Shown here in pieces: positions 8,311-17,529 of a stretch of DNA of 32,000 nucleotides. The stretch comes from Promethearchaeota archaeon. GTDB taxonomy: Archaea > Asgardarchaeota > Lokiarchaeia > Sigyniarchaeales > SOKP01. Within the stretch, counting starts at the first letter, position 1, and every line of letters begins with the position of its first letter. The notes below the pieces were generated by a model, which ran no database searches, was not told where the DNA came from, and saw nothing but the letters and a program-made list of their open reading frames with translations. The translations under genes and the position numbers were made by a program. The stretch covers positions 18,602 through 50,601 of the forward strand of contig JAUWGH010000012.1 in the NCBI GenBank assembly GCA_030606485.1, given 5' to 3'.

Positions 8311-10089
8311 ATGAAAGTTTGGATATTTACCTTTGAATACGTAGGTATTTTGAAAGTTGGCGGATTAGGTGAGGTTCCGGCAAACCAAGCAAAATCCCTT
8401 AAAGATGAGTTGGATATTACAATCTTTATGCCTTCCCATGGTAAAAAAGATAATTTTCAATCAAGTTCGAATATATTTGATTTAGGATTAAATTTTACGG
8501 GGGATTTTATCCCATATGAGTTTGATATTCATATTTCACACGCAAAATATGATATTTCACTACATAAAGTAGAAGTTAATGGAATAAATGTTATATTAGT
8601 TTCCGGAAATAATGAAATTTCAAAAAAGATTTTAGAAGATCCACGTGTTTATAGTCCTGAATCTTTATCTGGAAAAATTGGATTATTTAGCTATGCAATT
8701 AGACATTATGTGGAATATTTAATTGAAAATAATCCAAATTTATTACCTGATATTGTGCATATTCATGATTATCATCCATTCATAGCTTTTATCGCTATGA
8801 AACAGGAATTATTAAAACATGATTTAAATATTCCTTCTATTATTACATTTCATTTATTGACATGGCCAAGAAAAAATAAGCGTTTTCTAAAAGCATGTGG
8901 CATTGATGATACATCTCTGCTAATTTGGTTGGATAATGAGAAAAAAAAATTATCATTTGAGGAAATTTTTGAATTAGCAAGAAACAATGAACGTATGAAT
9001 CCTTCATTAGAAAAAATTTGCGCATTAATTGCAGACATCATAACTTCAGTGAGTAAATCATACTTAGAATCAGATGTAATACCCAATCTTGGAGGTGATT
9101 TAATTTTTCCCAAATCAGATTTTGTATGGGATGGATGTGACTGGGATTACGATGAAATAATAACTGAGATTAAAAACAAATTTTCTAAAGAAATTATAAA
9201 TTTTGCTGGCATTACTGATTATTCAAAAATATCCCGATGGGATATGAGAAGATTTCTATTAAAATTTAAAATTGAGAATATTCCTAAAAATGAACCAATT
9301 ATTACATCGAAAATCGTTTTAAAGGTTGTTAATTCTATAAATGGGGTTTATCCAATACTCCAAGATCGAAAGGTTAAAGCGTTTAATGAAGATGGCCCTT
9401 TAATTCTAACTTCAGGTAGAATTTCACATCAAAAAGGAATAGATACTATTTTAAAATCAATTCCTCTAGTAATTGAGAAGGTTCCTAAAGCAAGATTTTT
9501 AATGCTTTTGATGCCCAACGAATATACTCTGGAGGATGTCAAATCTTATGCTAAATTCATGAAAATTCATCCTCAAAATCTTAGAATTTTATTTGGCAAA
9601 TCAATATCAATTTATCATCTTGCCCATATTTGCGCGGATCTTTATTGTTGTCCTTCTAGATGGGAACCCTTTGGAATTATTGCGCTTGAAGCCATGTCTT
9701 CCAAAATCCCAGTAATCGCCACTAAAGTAGGAGGTTTTCAAGAATCCATAATCGACCTTAATAATGACTTAGAAAATGGAACAGGAATTCTAGTTAAGAA
9801 AGAAAATCCAGAAGAATTAGCTAATGCACTTGTTTCAATGTTAATCACTTCTGAAATTTGTAGAATAAAGAAGACTAAAGACCTAATCCCAAAATCTGAA
9901 TTGAATTTAATGGTGCATGATATCTTCTATCCTGCTCTTAGAAAGAGAGTTATAGAGGATAACCTTTATTATGATAAGATTAAGGAGAATTGTCTGAAGA
10001 GAGTAGAGGAAAATTTCAGATGGAAAATAGTCTCTAAAAAACTTCTCTCTCTCTATAATAAGTCAAAAAAATTAATAAAAAATAATTAA
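8311..10089 (+). CDS. glgA: Glycogen/starch synthase (GT5)
   Basis: KVGGLGEV (KxGGL), HIHDYH, TSVSKSY, GRISHQKG, PSRWEPFGIIALEAM, GGFQESI, TGIL. Confidence 0.88.
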   Translation: MKVWIFTFEYVGILKVGGLGEVPANQAKSLKDELDITIFMPSHGKKDNFQSSSNIFDLGLNFTGDFIPYEFDIHISHAKYDISLHKVEVNGINVILVSGNNEISKKILEDPRVYSPESLSGKIGLFSYAIRHYVEYLIENNPNLLPDIVHIHDYHPFIAFIAMKQELLKHDLNIPSIITFHLLTWPRKNKRFLKACGIDDTSLLIWLDNEKKKLSFEEIFELARNNERMNPSLEKICALIADIITSVSKSYLESDVIPNLGGDLIFPKSDFVWDGCDWDYDEIITEIKNKFSKEIINFAGITDYSKISRWDMRRFLLKFKIENIPKNEPIITSKIVLKVVNSINGVYPILQDRKVKAFNEDGPLILTSGRISHQKGIDTILKSIPLVIEKVPKARFLMLLMPNEYTLEDVKSYAKFMKIHPQNLRILFGKSISIYHLAHICADLYCCPSRWEPFGIIALEAMSSKIPVIATKVGGFQESIIDLNNDLENGTGILVKKENPEELANALVSMLITSEICRIKKTKDLIPKSELNLMVHDIFYPALRKRVIEDNLYYDKIKENCLKRVEENFRWKIVSKKLLSLYNKSKKLIKNN

Positions 10090-10104
10090 CAGAGGGAATA
10101 TGGT

Positions 10105-10518
10105 ATGGAGGAATTGTTAAGGTGGCATGCTCCTTGCGGAATTTATTGTAAAGCTTGTCCTGGAATAAGATTTTATAACTGTAAGGGATGTCGAGAAGAA
10201 AAAGGTAGAATATCTAAATTTCCTACATGCAAAACTTTTGAGTGTGTTATTAGTAAGGGATATGATTTTTGTTATGAATGTGAAGAATTTCCTTGCGAAA
10301 TGCTTATGCCTATCGTTAATTTTGAAATCTTTTTACCACATAATTCGAAAGTCTACAACTCAGTTATGATAAAGAAACTAGGTTTAGAAGAATGGTCAAA
10401 CATTTGCGAAGAAAGAACCAATTATTATTATAAAGGAAAAAAAATTCGCTATGGTGGCGATCCACTTACCCTTGAAAAAAAAGATGCGAGTTTGTATAAA
10501 AAAAAGGAAAAGAAATAA
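10105..10518 (+). CDS. DUF3795-like Cys-rich metal-binding protein
   Basis: APCGIYCKAC...CKGC...C...C.....FCYECEEFPC cysteine pattern. Starts 15 bp after glgA. Confidence 0.75.
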   Translation: MEELLRWHAPCGIYCKACPGIRFYNCKGCREEKGRISKFPTCKTFECVISKGYDFCYECEEFPCEMLMPIVNFEIFLPHNSKVYNSVMIKKLGLEEWSNICEERTNYYYKGKKIRYGGDPLTLEKKDASLYKKKEKK

Positions 10519-10567
10519 TTGGTTTGACAAAAATAACAATATCTGTGAGAATTCAAGGGATTAAAAA

Positions 10568-10727
10568 ATGGTAAAAAAAATCCTTGCGACTGGTGCATCT
10601 GGTTCAACGGTTGGGGAAACTTTTAAGGAGTAATATAGAAGAGAAGAATCTTGTTTATTCTAAAAGTGAAGTTATAAATCTCATTGAGAATTGCAACACC
10701 GACATGAACTATTTTTTACAATTTTAA
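10568..10727 (+). pseudogene. Possible remnant of an NAD(P)-binding Rossmann-fold gene (SDR/NmrA-like)
   Basis: ATG 10568 gives MVKKILATGASGSTVGETFKE*, with a stop at 10631-10633. A frame change at the GGGG/AAA run continues GKLLRSNIEEKNLVYSK... to TAA 10727. Confidence 0.4.
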
Positions 10728-10758
10728 ATAGTTTTTTCTTTAAGAAAGAATGAAGTAA

Positions 10759-11370
10759 ATGTTATTTTTTGATTTTGACCCGTTTGGTGGTTTTATAATG
10801 GCATTTAGTGACGTTATAGATATGATAATAAACATTTATATCATAATTCTGCCGTACATGAAAAATATATTTGCGACTATTTTTCTAATAATGGGAATCT
10901 TATTGATTTATAAGATCTTTTTCAAAAGGAGAAAGAATGTAAAAATTAAAACCGGATATTATCAACCTATTATTCCAGAGACTTTATTAGGTATTTTTTA
11001 TATAATACTTGCATGGGGATTATATTTTGATTTTATCTTAATGTTAATTATTAATATAAGTGAATTAGCTCCTCCACCCTTGATATTTTATATTATTGAA
11101 TCGCTTGGATATTCTGGATTTGCTGATATATTTGTCCCTCTAACTTCAGAATGGCAGAATTTAAATAATCTCCAGCTGCTGGGCATGTTATTTATTGGAA
11201 CTATATCTATTTTAGGTTTTATTTTATTAATTTATGGAATTCTAGTATTTATCAATAAGGATCTTAAGGGAAAGAAGAATAGTTTTGGTTCGATAATTGG
11301 AGGTTTTGCAATTATTTTAATTTTGGGTTTATCTCCAGGAGCTTCTCTATTATTAATAAACTCAATATAA
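10759..11370 (+). CDS. Hypothetical multi-pass membrane protein
   Basis: 203 aa with about five hydrophobic segments; no family motif recognised. Confidence 0.7.
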   Translation: MLFFDFDPFGGFIMAFSDVIDMIINIYIIILPYMKNIFATIFLIMGILLIYKIFFKRRKNVKIKTGYYQPIIPETLLGIFYIILAWGLYFDFILMLIINISELAPPPLIFYIIESLGYSGFADIFVPLTSEWQNLNNLQLLGMLFIGTISILGFILLIYGILVFINKDLKGKKNSFGSIIGGFAIILILGLSPGASLLLINSI

Positions 11371-11473
11371 GAAATTCACTTCTTTTATTTCCATGAATTA
11401 ATTAAACCTTAAGAATGGAAATATTGGAACTGGTTAAAAAAAAACTTTTCAGTTATGAATAATTCTTATTATA

Positions 11474-12700
11474 ATGAGAAATCGTATTATTCTACTTCTA
11501 TCGGTTTTTTTCCAAATGGCTGGAGGGATCTCATTTTTTACATATTATCCAAGATTTCTTTCAGCTCTTGGTGCTGATAATTTCCTCATTAGCTTTATTA
11601 TTTCAATGTTTTCATTAGCTTCTTTTATTTTTCCATCAATAATTGGCTTTTTTTCTGACAAATTTCAAACAAGAAAGAAGTTTATTAGATACGGAATTAT
11701 CGGGAATATAATTATTATAATTCCCATATTTTTTATAGGAATAGAATACATATGGATTTATTTTCCTTTAATTTTTATTAGTGGGTTTTTTATAAATTGT
11801 TATGGCATGATTTATCCTTTATTTTCAGAAGTTTGTTTAAATGATTCAAAATGGATTTCTTATTACAGTGCAGTTGTTGCTTCAGCATGGTTCTTTGGTT
11901 CTTTTTTTTGTGGAATATATGTAGATCTTATCGGAATTGAATATTTATTTTATTATTATATCTCATTTTTATTAATCAGTTTTATTTTTTCTTTATTTAT
12001 AAAAGAGGATAGAGAAGAAATATTTAAGTTAAACAAATCTTTAAAAAAGGATAATCTTGTAAATGTTGATTTAGAGAAAATTCAACATGATAATATATTA
12101 AATACTATATCTTATTCTCTTTATTTTGCATTATTTTTTAGAAATTTTGGAATTCGCCCTATTTTTAATGTACTTGCGATCTTTTTTGCTTTAACTTTAA
12201 CATCAGATATAGAAATCGGTTTTTTAATTAGTATAAATTTTTTACTTCAAATTGCCATTTCAGTTATGATTGGAAGAATTATTAATAAGAAAAACATGAA
12301 ATTCATACTTATTTTAGGATTTATATTTAGCTCATTTGCTATGCTTGGATATTATTTCTCACGAGATTTCTGGGGTTTTCTAATTGCTCAATTACTAGTA
12401 AGCATCAGTTATGCTGCCTTTTGGACAGCATCAATTATATATATCTCCCAAAACACTACACCTGAGAATAAGGGGCGTTATGTTGGTCATGCAAATTCAT
12501 TTTTTAGTTTAGGAAACTTTACGGGAAATATTTTTTTTGGAATCCTATTAATGATAAATGATAATTTTTATTTTACTATTCTTGTATTGTTCTTATTCCC
12601 AACCATTTCTGCATTATTTATCCTTTTTGGATTCAAATCAACTAAAACAATGGAAATTAAAAATAACCTTCATTCCAAAAGGGAAATAATTGCTGTGTAA
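11474..12700 (+). CDS. MFS transporter
   Basis: About 12 TM segments; motif-A-like IGFFSDKFQTRK and GRIINKKNMK; TTPENKGRYVG. Confidence 0.9.
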   Translation: MRNRIILLLSVFFQMAGGISFFTYYPRFLSALGADNFLISFIISMFSLASFIFPSIIGFFSDKFQTRKKFIRYGIIGNIIIIIPIFFIGIEYIWIYFPLIFISGFFINCYGMIYPLFSEVCLNDSKWISYYSAVVASAWFFGSFFCGIYVDLIGIEYLFYYYISFLLISFIFSLFIKEDREEIFKLNKSLKKDNLVNVDLEKIQHDNILNTISYSLYFALFFRNFGIRPIFNVLAIFFALTLTSDIEIGFLISINFLLQIAISVMIGRIINKKNMKFILILGFIFSSFAMLGYYFSRDFWGFLIAQLLVSISYAAFWTASIIYISQNTTPENKGRYVGHANSFFSLGNFTGNIFFGILLMINDNFYFTILVLFLFPTISALFILFGFKSTKTMEIKNNLHSKREIIAV

Positions 12701-14639
12701 TTGCACCCTTTTTATCAGGTATAACTTCAATTTCATCTCTAAGCCAAGATGATATCCATTTTATTTTGTCTTTAAACCTATTATCTAGAAATATTATTGC
12801 TCCTTTATCTTTAATTAACCTAATTGGCCGTCCAGCTGCTTGATTCGCTCTCTCAATTGCCGGGTATAAGTAACCGAATATCCAGCCTTTCTTATTAAAA
12901 ACATTATCATAATATTTAATTTTAGCATTAACCCGTGGCGTAGGGATATGATACGGGAAACCAGCTATAACAACAGAATTCATGAATTCAGCAGGATAAT
13001 CTTCTCCTTCGCTGTTTCGACCACCGCATACCCCTAAGAGCACAGCTCCAGTATTTTTTCCTTCATTTTTAAATTTTTCAATCATTACTGCATTTTCTGC
13101 TGCAGAAATATTTGAATCTTCAATAAATAATATTTTATTGTATTTTTGAACTATTTGTTCAATATCTTGCTTTAAAAGTGCTTTAAGCACATTATAAGAT
13201 GCACAAAATATACCTACATTCCCCGGGGTGCAATAAATCACTTCTTCAATTTTATAAACCATCTTTTTATATGTTTGAGCATTTCTATTTTCTTTTTTTG
13301 TGTTTACGTTCTCAATGATTAAAGCTTTAATATTCTTTTTTGGGAAGGGGGATGGTGATACAATTACTTTTGTTGCTTTACCGGTTTCATTTAATCCCAT
13401 TAAATTAGTATATACGTATGGGTTTACTGTACCGGAGAGACTCAATGTAGAAAATGCCTTCTTAAAAACAGGAACGGTTATTTCTCGAGGATCTAAAGCC
13501 ACAATCTCCATAGAAATGTTTTTATTGCCTTCTCGTGTCGTCCTTAGATTATAACAAAAGAAAAATCGTTCATTATCTAAGACTTCTAACCATTTTAACC
13601 AATATTTTGCGATTGACCCGATATAATCGCGTTGAACTAATCCCTGACTTGATTTAATTTCGGCTACATAAGAACTAAATTCTTTCAACTCTTTTATTAA
13701 AATTTTAAAGCTGTTTAAATCCTTTAATCCTATCTTTTCATAAAGATTTTTTACCAAAATCTCTGGATTTAATTCACGCTCCTCTATGTTAAGATTTTTT
13801 TGTTTGTTTTCCAGATGAGCAATTAAAATTCTTACTAAATTTATCATATTCCGATCAGAGTTATAAAGTTCCAAATCTTTTAGAGCCAATTTGAGAATAA
13901 ATGGAGTTATACGCTTAGAATTTACTTCCGTTGCCATACTTAAGATATTGTGGCATTCATCATTTATTAAAATACAGTTAAATAGATCCGTATTTATAAA
14001 TTTTAAGAAAACCTCCTTTATATCAGGATTAAATAGCCAGTGATATGAACAAATTACAATTCCCACTTTTTCTAATAGAAGTTTGCTTAAGAAATACGGA
14101 CAGTACCCCGCTCCAACTGCGAAACTAATAATCTCATCAGCATCACATGGTTCTATTAGAAGCTTTTTTGCAATTTTCGAAATATCTTCGGCTTTACCTA
14201 GATCTCTCATTAATTTTGAAAAATATTTGCAATTCTTATTTTTTCTTAAATCTCTGCAAACAGAAATACTATCCCGGGGTGATAATTTGAGTTGAAGCAG
14301 AGTTTTATTAAGACACATTTCATGCCGTCCTTTAATGCTAATTCCATTGATTGGTCTATCAAATTTGTTTTTTGATAAAAACTTTGTAATTTTTTTTAAT
14401 TCTCTGAGTGCTCTGAAATTTTGTGTGTGAGTTCTGCAAAGATATATAATTTTTAAGCCATTTTCAAGAGCTAAGGGTAAAATGCTACTGAGAGCAATTA
14501 TTGTTTTCCCAGTACCATTGGGAGCGACTAAAATAATGTTCTTTCTTTCTTTGACACAATCACTAATTTCTTTTGTATTTTCCTCTTGTCCTTTTCTAAA
14601 GGCTTCATAAGGGAAAAAGGTTGCATATTTAAATACGAT
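12657..14639 (-). CDS. xpd: XPD/Rad3 family Fe-S DNA helicase; true 5' end lies upstream of the tracked ATG at 14318
   Basis: The frame is stop-free from 14660 to 12657. The upstream part encodes the Q-motif region FFPYEAFRKGQ and Walker A APNGTGKT. The tracked part has four Fe-S Cys (MCLNK, SVC, KNC, YCPY), DECHN, LSGT, GRNSEGEDY and QAAGRPIR. Start placed tentatively at ATC 14639. Confidence 0.93.
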   Translation of the reverse strand: MVFKYATFFPYEAFRKGQEENTKEISDCVKERKNIILVAPNGTGKTIIALSSILPLALENGLKIIYLCRTHTQNFRALRELKKITKFLSKNKFDRPINGISIKGRHEMCLNKTLLQLKLSPRDSISVCRDLRKNKNCKYFSKLMRDLGKAEDISKIAKKLLIEPCDADEIISFAVGAGYCPYFLSKLLLEKVGIVICSYHWLFNPDIKEVFLKFINTDLFNCILINDECHNILSMATEVNSKRITPFILKLALKDLELYNSDRNMINLVRILIAHLENKQKNLNIEERELNPEILVKNLYEKIGLKDLNSFKILIKELKEFSSYVAEIKSSQGLVQRDYIGSIAKYWLKWLEVLDNERFFFCYNLRTTREGNKNISMEIVALDPREITVPVFKKAFSTLSLSGTVNPYVYTNLMGLNETGKATKVIVSPSPFPKKNIKALIIENVNTKKENRNAQTYKKMVYKIEEVIYCTPGNVGIFCASYNVLKALLKQDIEQIVQKYNKILFIEDSNISAAENAVMIEKFKNEGKNTGAVLLGVCGGRNSEGEDYPAEFMNSVVIAGFPYHIPTPRVNAKIKYYDNVFNKKGWIFGYLYPAIERANQAAGRPIRLIKDKGAIIFLDNRFKDKIKWISSWLRDEIEVIPDKKGAITQQLFPFWNEGYF

Positions 14640-14646
14640 AAATTTA

Positions 14647-14650
14647 CACC
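14647..14650 (-). promoter_or_regulatory. Putative archaeal RBS (GGTG) 7 nt before the ATC at 14639
   Basis: Minus strand reads GGTG-TAAATTT-ATC, the same spacing as GGTG-AAATTAA-ATG at 18752..18765. Confidence 0.45.
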
Positions 14651-14785
14651 ATTTAAGTTTCTAAATACTATGTAATAAATAATTTGATTAAAATATAAAA
14701 TATATTGAATGAGGGATTAGTAAATTAGTAAAAATAAAACTTATAAAGAAAAATTAAAATAATTCAAACTTATCTATTTAATTAA

Positions 14786-15649
14786 ATGCTGGAAAAATAT
14801 AATTTAAACTCAACCAAACTTCTTACACAGAAAGATATCATCCTAAAAACTTCAATATTTTTGATAGGTTTTTTATTAATTTTAGTGCAGAATTGGATAA
14901 ACCCAATTTTAATTTTATATCCTATTGTCTCGTTTAGTTTTTCATTATTTTTTCAAATAATAGAGTCTAATAAGAAAATCACAGAAATAGAAGATTCTAT
15001 TATATCTTATAACCCTTTTGGAGGAGAAAATGGAAACTCAAATATATTGACCATATTTTCTTATTTGCAAATGCTTTTAATCTTTACAGCAGGGTTAGAT
15101 TCATTATTCCATCCACAATTAGTAGATAATTTTTTCTTGTTTTTTCTTATCCCCCTTGTATTCTTATATGGATTTGAATTCTTTTTGCTCCTTATTAAAG
15201 TTCTCAATAAAGCAATAATTGAAATTGATTTAAAAAATTTTAAGAATCAAATAAAACAAAATTCTAAAAATAAGATGAATAAAGATGTAATATCATTTAT
15301 TGAGATTAATAGATTTAAAAGATATTCTCTGTATAACCTTATTTTGTTTGTAATAATTCTGATTTTTACCTTGGGCATGTCATTCTTAGCATTCTTTAAT
15401 CAAATACTGGCGTTACCCTTTTATCTCCCCGGAACCGGTATTGAAGGTTCTCAACCCGTTAATATTTCTTATGGACTATATCTTAGCGTAATTATGCCAC
15501 CAATCTACACAATTTGGTTTTTGTATCAGATCTATAAAAACATAATAGATTTTTCTCATGATTCCACAGAAAAGGTTATTAATGTTATAACCGATGATTC
15601 AAAAAAAGCAGTTATATTAAATTTTCTTAATTTTAACAAAAATAATTGA
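14786..15649 (+). CDS. Hypothetical multi-pass membrane protein
   Basis: 287 aa with about six hydrophobic segments; no family recognised. Confidence 0.7.
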   Translation: MLEKYNLNSTKLLTQKDIILKTSIFLIGFLLILVQNWINPILILYPIVSFSFSLFFQIIESNKKITEIEDSIISYNPFGGENGNSNILTIFSYLQMLLIFTAGLDSLFHPQLVDNFFLFFLIPLVFLYGFEFFLLLIKVLNKAIIEIDLKNFKNQIKQNSKNKMNKDVISFIEINRFKRYSLYNLILFVIILIFTLGMSFLAFFNQILALPFYLPGTGIEGSQPVNISYGLYLSVIMPPIYTIWFLYQIYKNIIDFSHDSTEKVINVITDDSKKAVILNFLNFNKNN

Positions 15650-15737
15650 TTATAAATTTATAAATAACATAAATATTTTCCATATATTATAGAAGAATCA
15701 TTTATCTCTAATAGGTATAATAATAAAAAATTCGAAA

Positions 15738-16271
15738 ATGAGCAATAAGCCTTTATATGTATTTAAAATCATTGTCGTCGGCGAAGGCGGTGTTGGGAAA
15801 ACCACAATGATCCGCCGGTTATGTTACCAAAAATATATGCCCCAAAAGCTCACAATAGGCGCGGATTTGGCTTCATATGACTTGGAGATCGATGATAATC
15901 CTTTTAAATTACAGCTCTGGGATTTTGCGGGAGAAAAGAGGTTTAGATTCTTCCTTCCTTCTTATTGTAAAGGTGCAGTAGGCGCTCTCTTAGTATTTGA
16001 CCTCGCGAGATATTCAACCTTTAAAAAATTGAATGAGTGGTATGAGATAGTAACTCAAAATTCAAAACATCTTTCTATTATTTTAGTTGGTTCTAAATGC
16101 GATTTAGTGAAAGAAAAAGGTGCAATTGATTTTGAAGAAATACTAGAATTTCAAAAATCACATAATATTGAAGGCTATATCGAAACTTCGTCTAAAACAG
16201 GGGAAAACAATAAAGATGTCTTTGAACTACTAGTAAGAAAAATTAAAGATAAGATGGATAAAAATAAATAA
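15738..16271 (+). CDS. Rab-like small GTPase (Ras superfamily, Asgard type)
   Basis: G1 GEGGVGKT, G2 TIG, G3 WDFAGE, G4 GSKCD, G5 ETSSK. RabF-like motifs IGADL, KLQLW, RFRFFL, YCKGA and LVFDLA. No C-terminal Cys prenylation motif. Confidence 0.93.
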   Translation: MSNKPLYVFKIIVVGEGGVGKTTMIRRLCYQKYMPQKLTIGADLASYDLEIDDNPFKLQLWDFAGEKRFRFFLPSYCKGAVGALLVFDLARYSTFKKLNEWYEIVTQNSKHLSIILVGSKCDLVKEKGAIDFEEILEFQKSHNIEGYIETSSKTGENNKDVFELLVRKIKDKMDKNK

Positions 16272-16292
16272 GGTAATTTTAATATAAAAAGG

Positions 16293-16301
16293 AAAAAAAA
16301 A
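16293..16301 (-). terminator. Oligo-T terminator candidate after the FrhB-like gene
   Basis: A9 run on + (T9 on -), 7 bp past the stop at 16309. Confidence 0.5.
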
Positions 16302-16308
16302 TTAGGGT

Positions 16309-17253
16309 TTATTCACTCATAAAATATTTTAATTCTTCAAGAGATAAACCTAAATAATGTATTGTTGCCCTATCAGTTCCGAGTAATGTCTGAATATTTT
16401 TTCTCTTCTTTCTATTTGTAAGTTCTTTCAACTTTGTTAAATCTGGAGTCTTATTCGCAATTTCAATCTGACCCGCTTTTATTGCGGCATCAATAAGATC
16501 TTGACCTGTTTTATTTCTAATAATTACTAGAGTTTCTTCTTTTACTGCACCCATTGTTCCAACTGATAAATCTGAATGTTCGGCTGCGAAATCCACGCAA
16601 AATTTACAACCCGGCAACGCTCCAGAAGCGCACATGAACCCAATCTTTAATGTTGTATAATTTGCCCCAGTACTAAACGGAGAAAGCATGACTTTACTAA
16701 CTCCTGTAAGATGGCACGGATTTCCAAGAAACCCAATTTTATTAGCACCATTTTCCCATGCTTCACCGATACCAGTGACTAATGGACCTGCTAATTGAAG
16801 GCTTCTTTCGGGGATATATTTTTTAGCTTCTTTAGCAGCTTTTACGACCACCGGGATATTATTATTTTTTCCTTTAATTTTCGTAGCATCCTTCGGTAAA
16901 ACCATTGCGTCAATCATTTTTTCAGAAAATGCTGCTTCAATTAAACCTAGTAAAACAGAATCCGCTTTTTTGGTTTTTACAGAGATTATGTCTTTATAAA
17001 ACCCAAGAGCCATATCTGCTCTTTTCTGACCAAAAAGCATTTCATCTATTTTTCCTAATGGAAGGTCTGTTCTAGGACAACTATTATAACATAAACCGAT
17101 TGTTTCTTGGCATTCAAATTCAAATTGTGGAAGTCCAACATCATCATAGGCTATATGGTGACAAAAAGCTCCGCAAGTGCCACAGTGGGCACATTTTCCG
17201 TTGTAAATAACTTCAGTCTCCAAATCAGGAGAAGATTTTTCAATTTTTAACAT
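16309..17253 (-). CDS. FrhB/FdhB-like protein (F420 hydrogenase/dehydrogenase beta subunit family) with N-terminal ferredoxin, apparently degenerate
   Basis: CAHCGTCGAFC and C...GLCYNSCPRT ferredoxin; GNPCHLTGV; GFMC; GCKFCVDFAAEHSDLSVGTMG; VIIRNKTGQDLIDAAIKAG. Confidence 0.82.
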   Translation of the reverse strand: MLKIEKSSPDLETEVIYNGKCAHCGTCGAFCHHIAYDDVGLPQFEFECQETIGLCYNSCPRTDLPLGKIDEMLFGQKRADMALGFYKDIISVKTKKADSVLLGLIEAAFSEKMIDAMVLPKDATKIKGKNNNIPVVVKAAKEAKKYIPERSLQLAGPLVTGIGEAWENGANKIGFLGNPCHLTGVSKVMLSPFSTGANYTTLKIGFMCASGALPGCKFCVDFAAEHSDLSVGTMGAVKEETLVIIRNKTGQDLIDAAIKAGQIEIANKTPDLTKLKELTNRKKRKNIQTLLGTDRATIHYLGLSLEELKYFMSE

Positions 17254-17286
17254 TTCTTATCCACTTTAATCTATAATTGAATATTT

Positions 17287-17529
17287 TTATTTTAAATATT
17301 GACTGCAAGAATCTTTAATTCTACGCCTTAAATGGCCCGGTTCTTTCCATACAATCCATGTACCTCCAGATTTCCTAAAATTTAAGTGATAATTATCTTC
17401 AATTTTGAAAAGTACCTTTTTAATGTAAGTCCAAGATAAATTTGTATTATCTTCGATTTCTTTAATGGAAACTGGATGGTTTTCTTCCATGTTATTGAAA
17501 AAAGTGACAATTCTTTCATAGCCACTCAT
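17287..17529 (-). CDS. Small winged-helix protein
   Basis: SIKEIEDNTNLSWTYIKKVL helix-turn-helix followed by the wing FRKSGGTWIVW. Ends 33 bp before the FrhB-like gene. Confidence 0.65.
   Translation of the reverse strand: MSGYERIVTFFNNMEENHPVSIKEIEDNTNLSWTYIKKVLFKIEDNYHLNFRKSGGTWIVWKEPGHLRRRIKDSCSQYLK

Noticed and set aside
7655-9113. ORFs 7655..7864 (+), 8843..9025 (-) and 8850..9113 (-)
   Set aside because: Antisense shadows inside the secernin and glgA genes.
12657-12700. PIP-like tail ITQQLFPFW in XPD
   Set aside because: The Gln is two rather than three residues before the Leu, so it does not fit the consensus.
13300-14295. ORFs 13300..13554 and 14083..14295 (+)
   Set aside because: Antisense to xpd.
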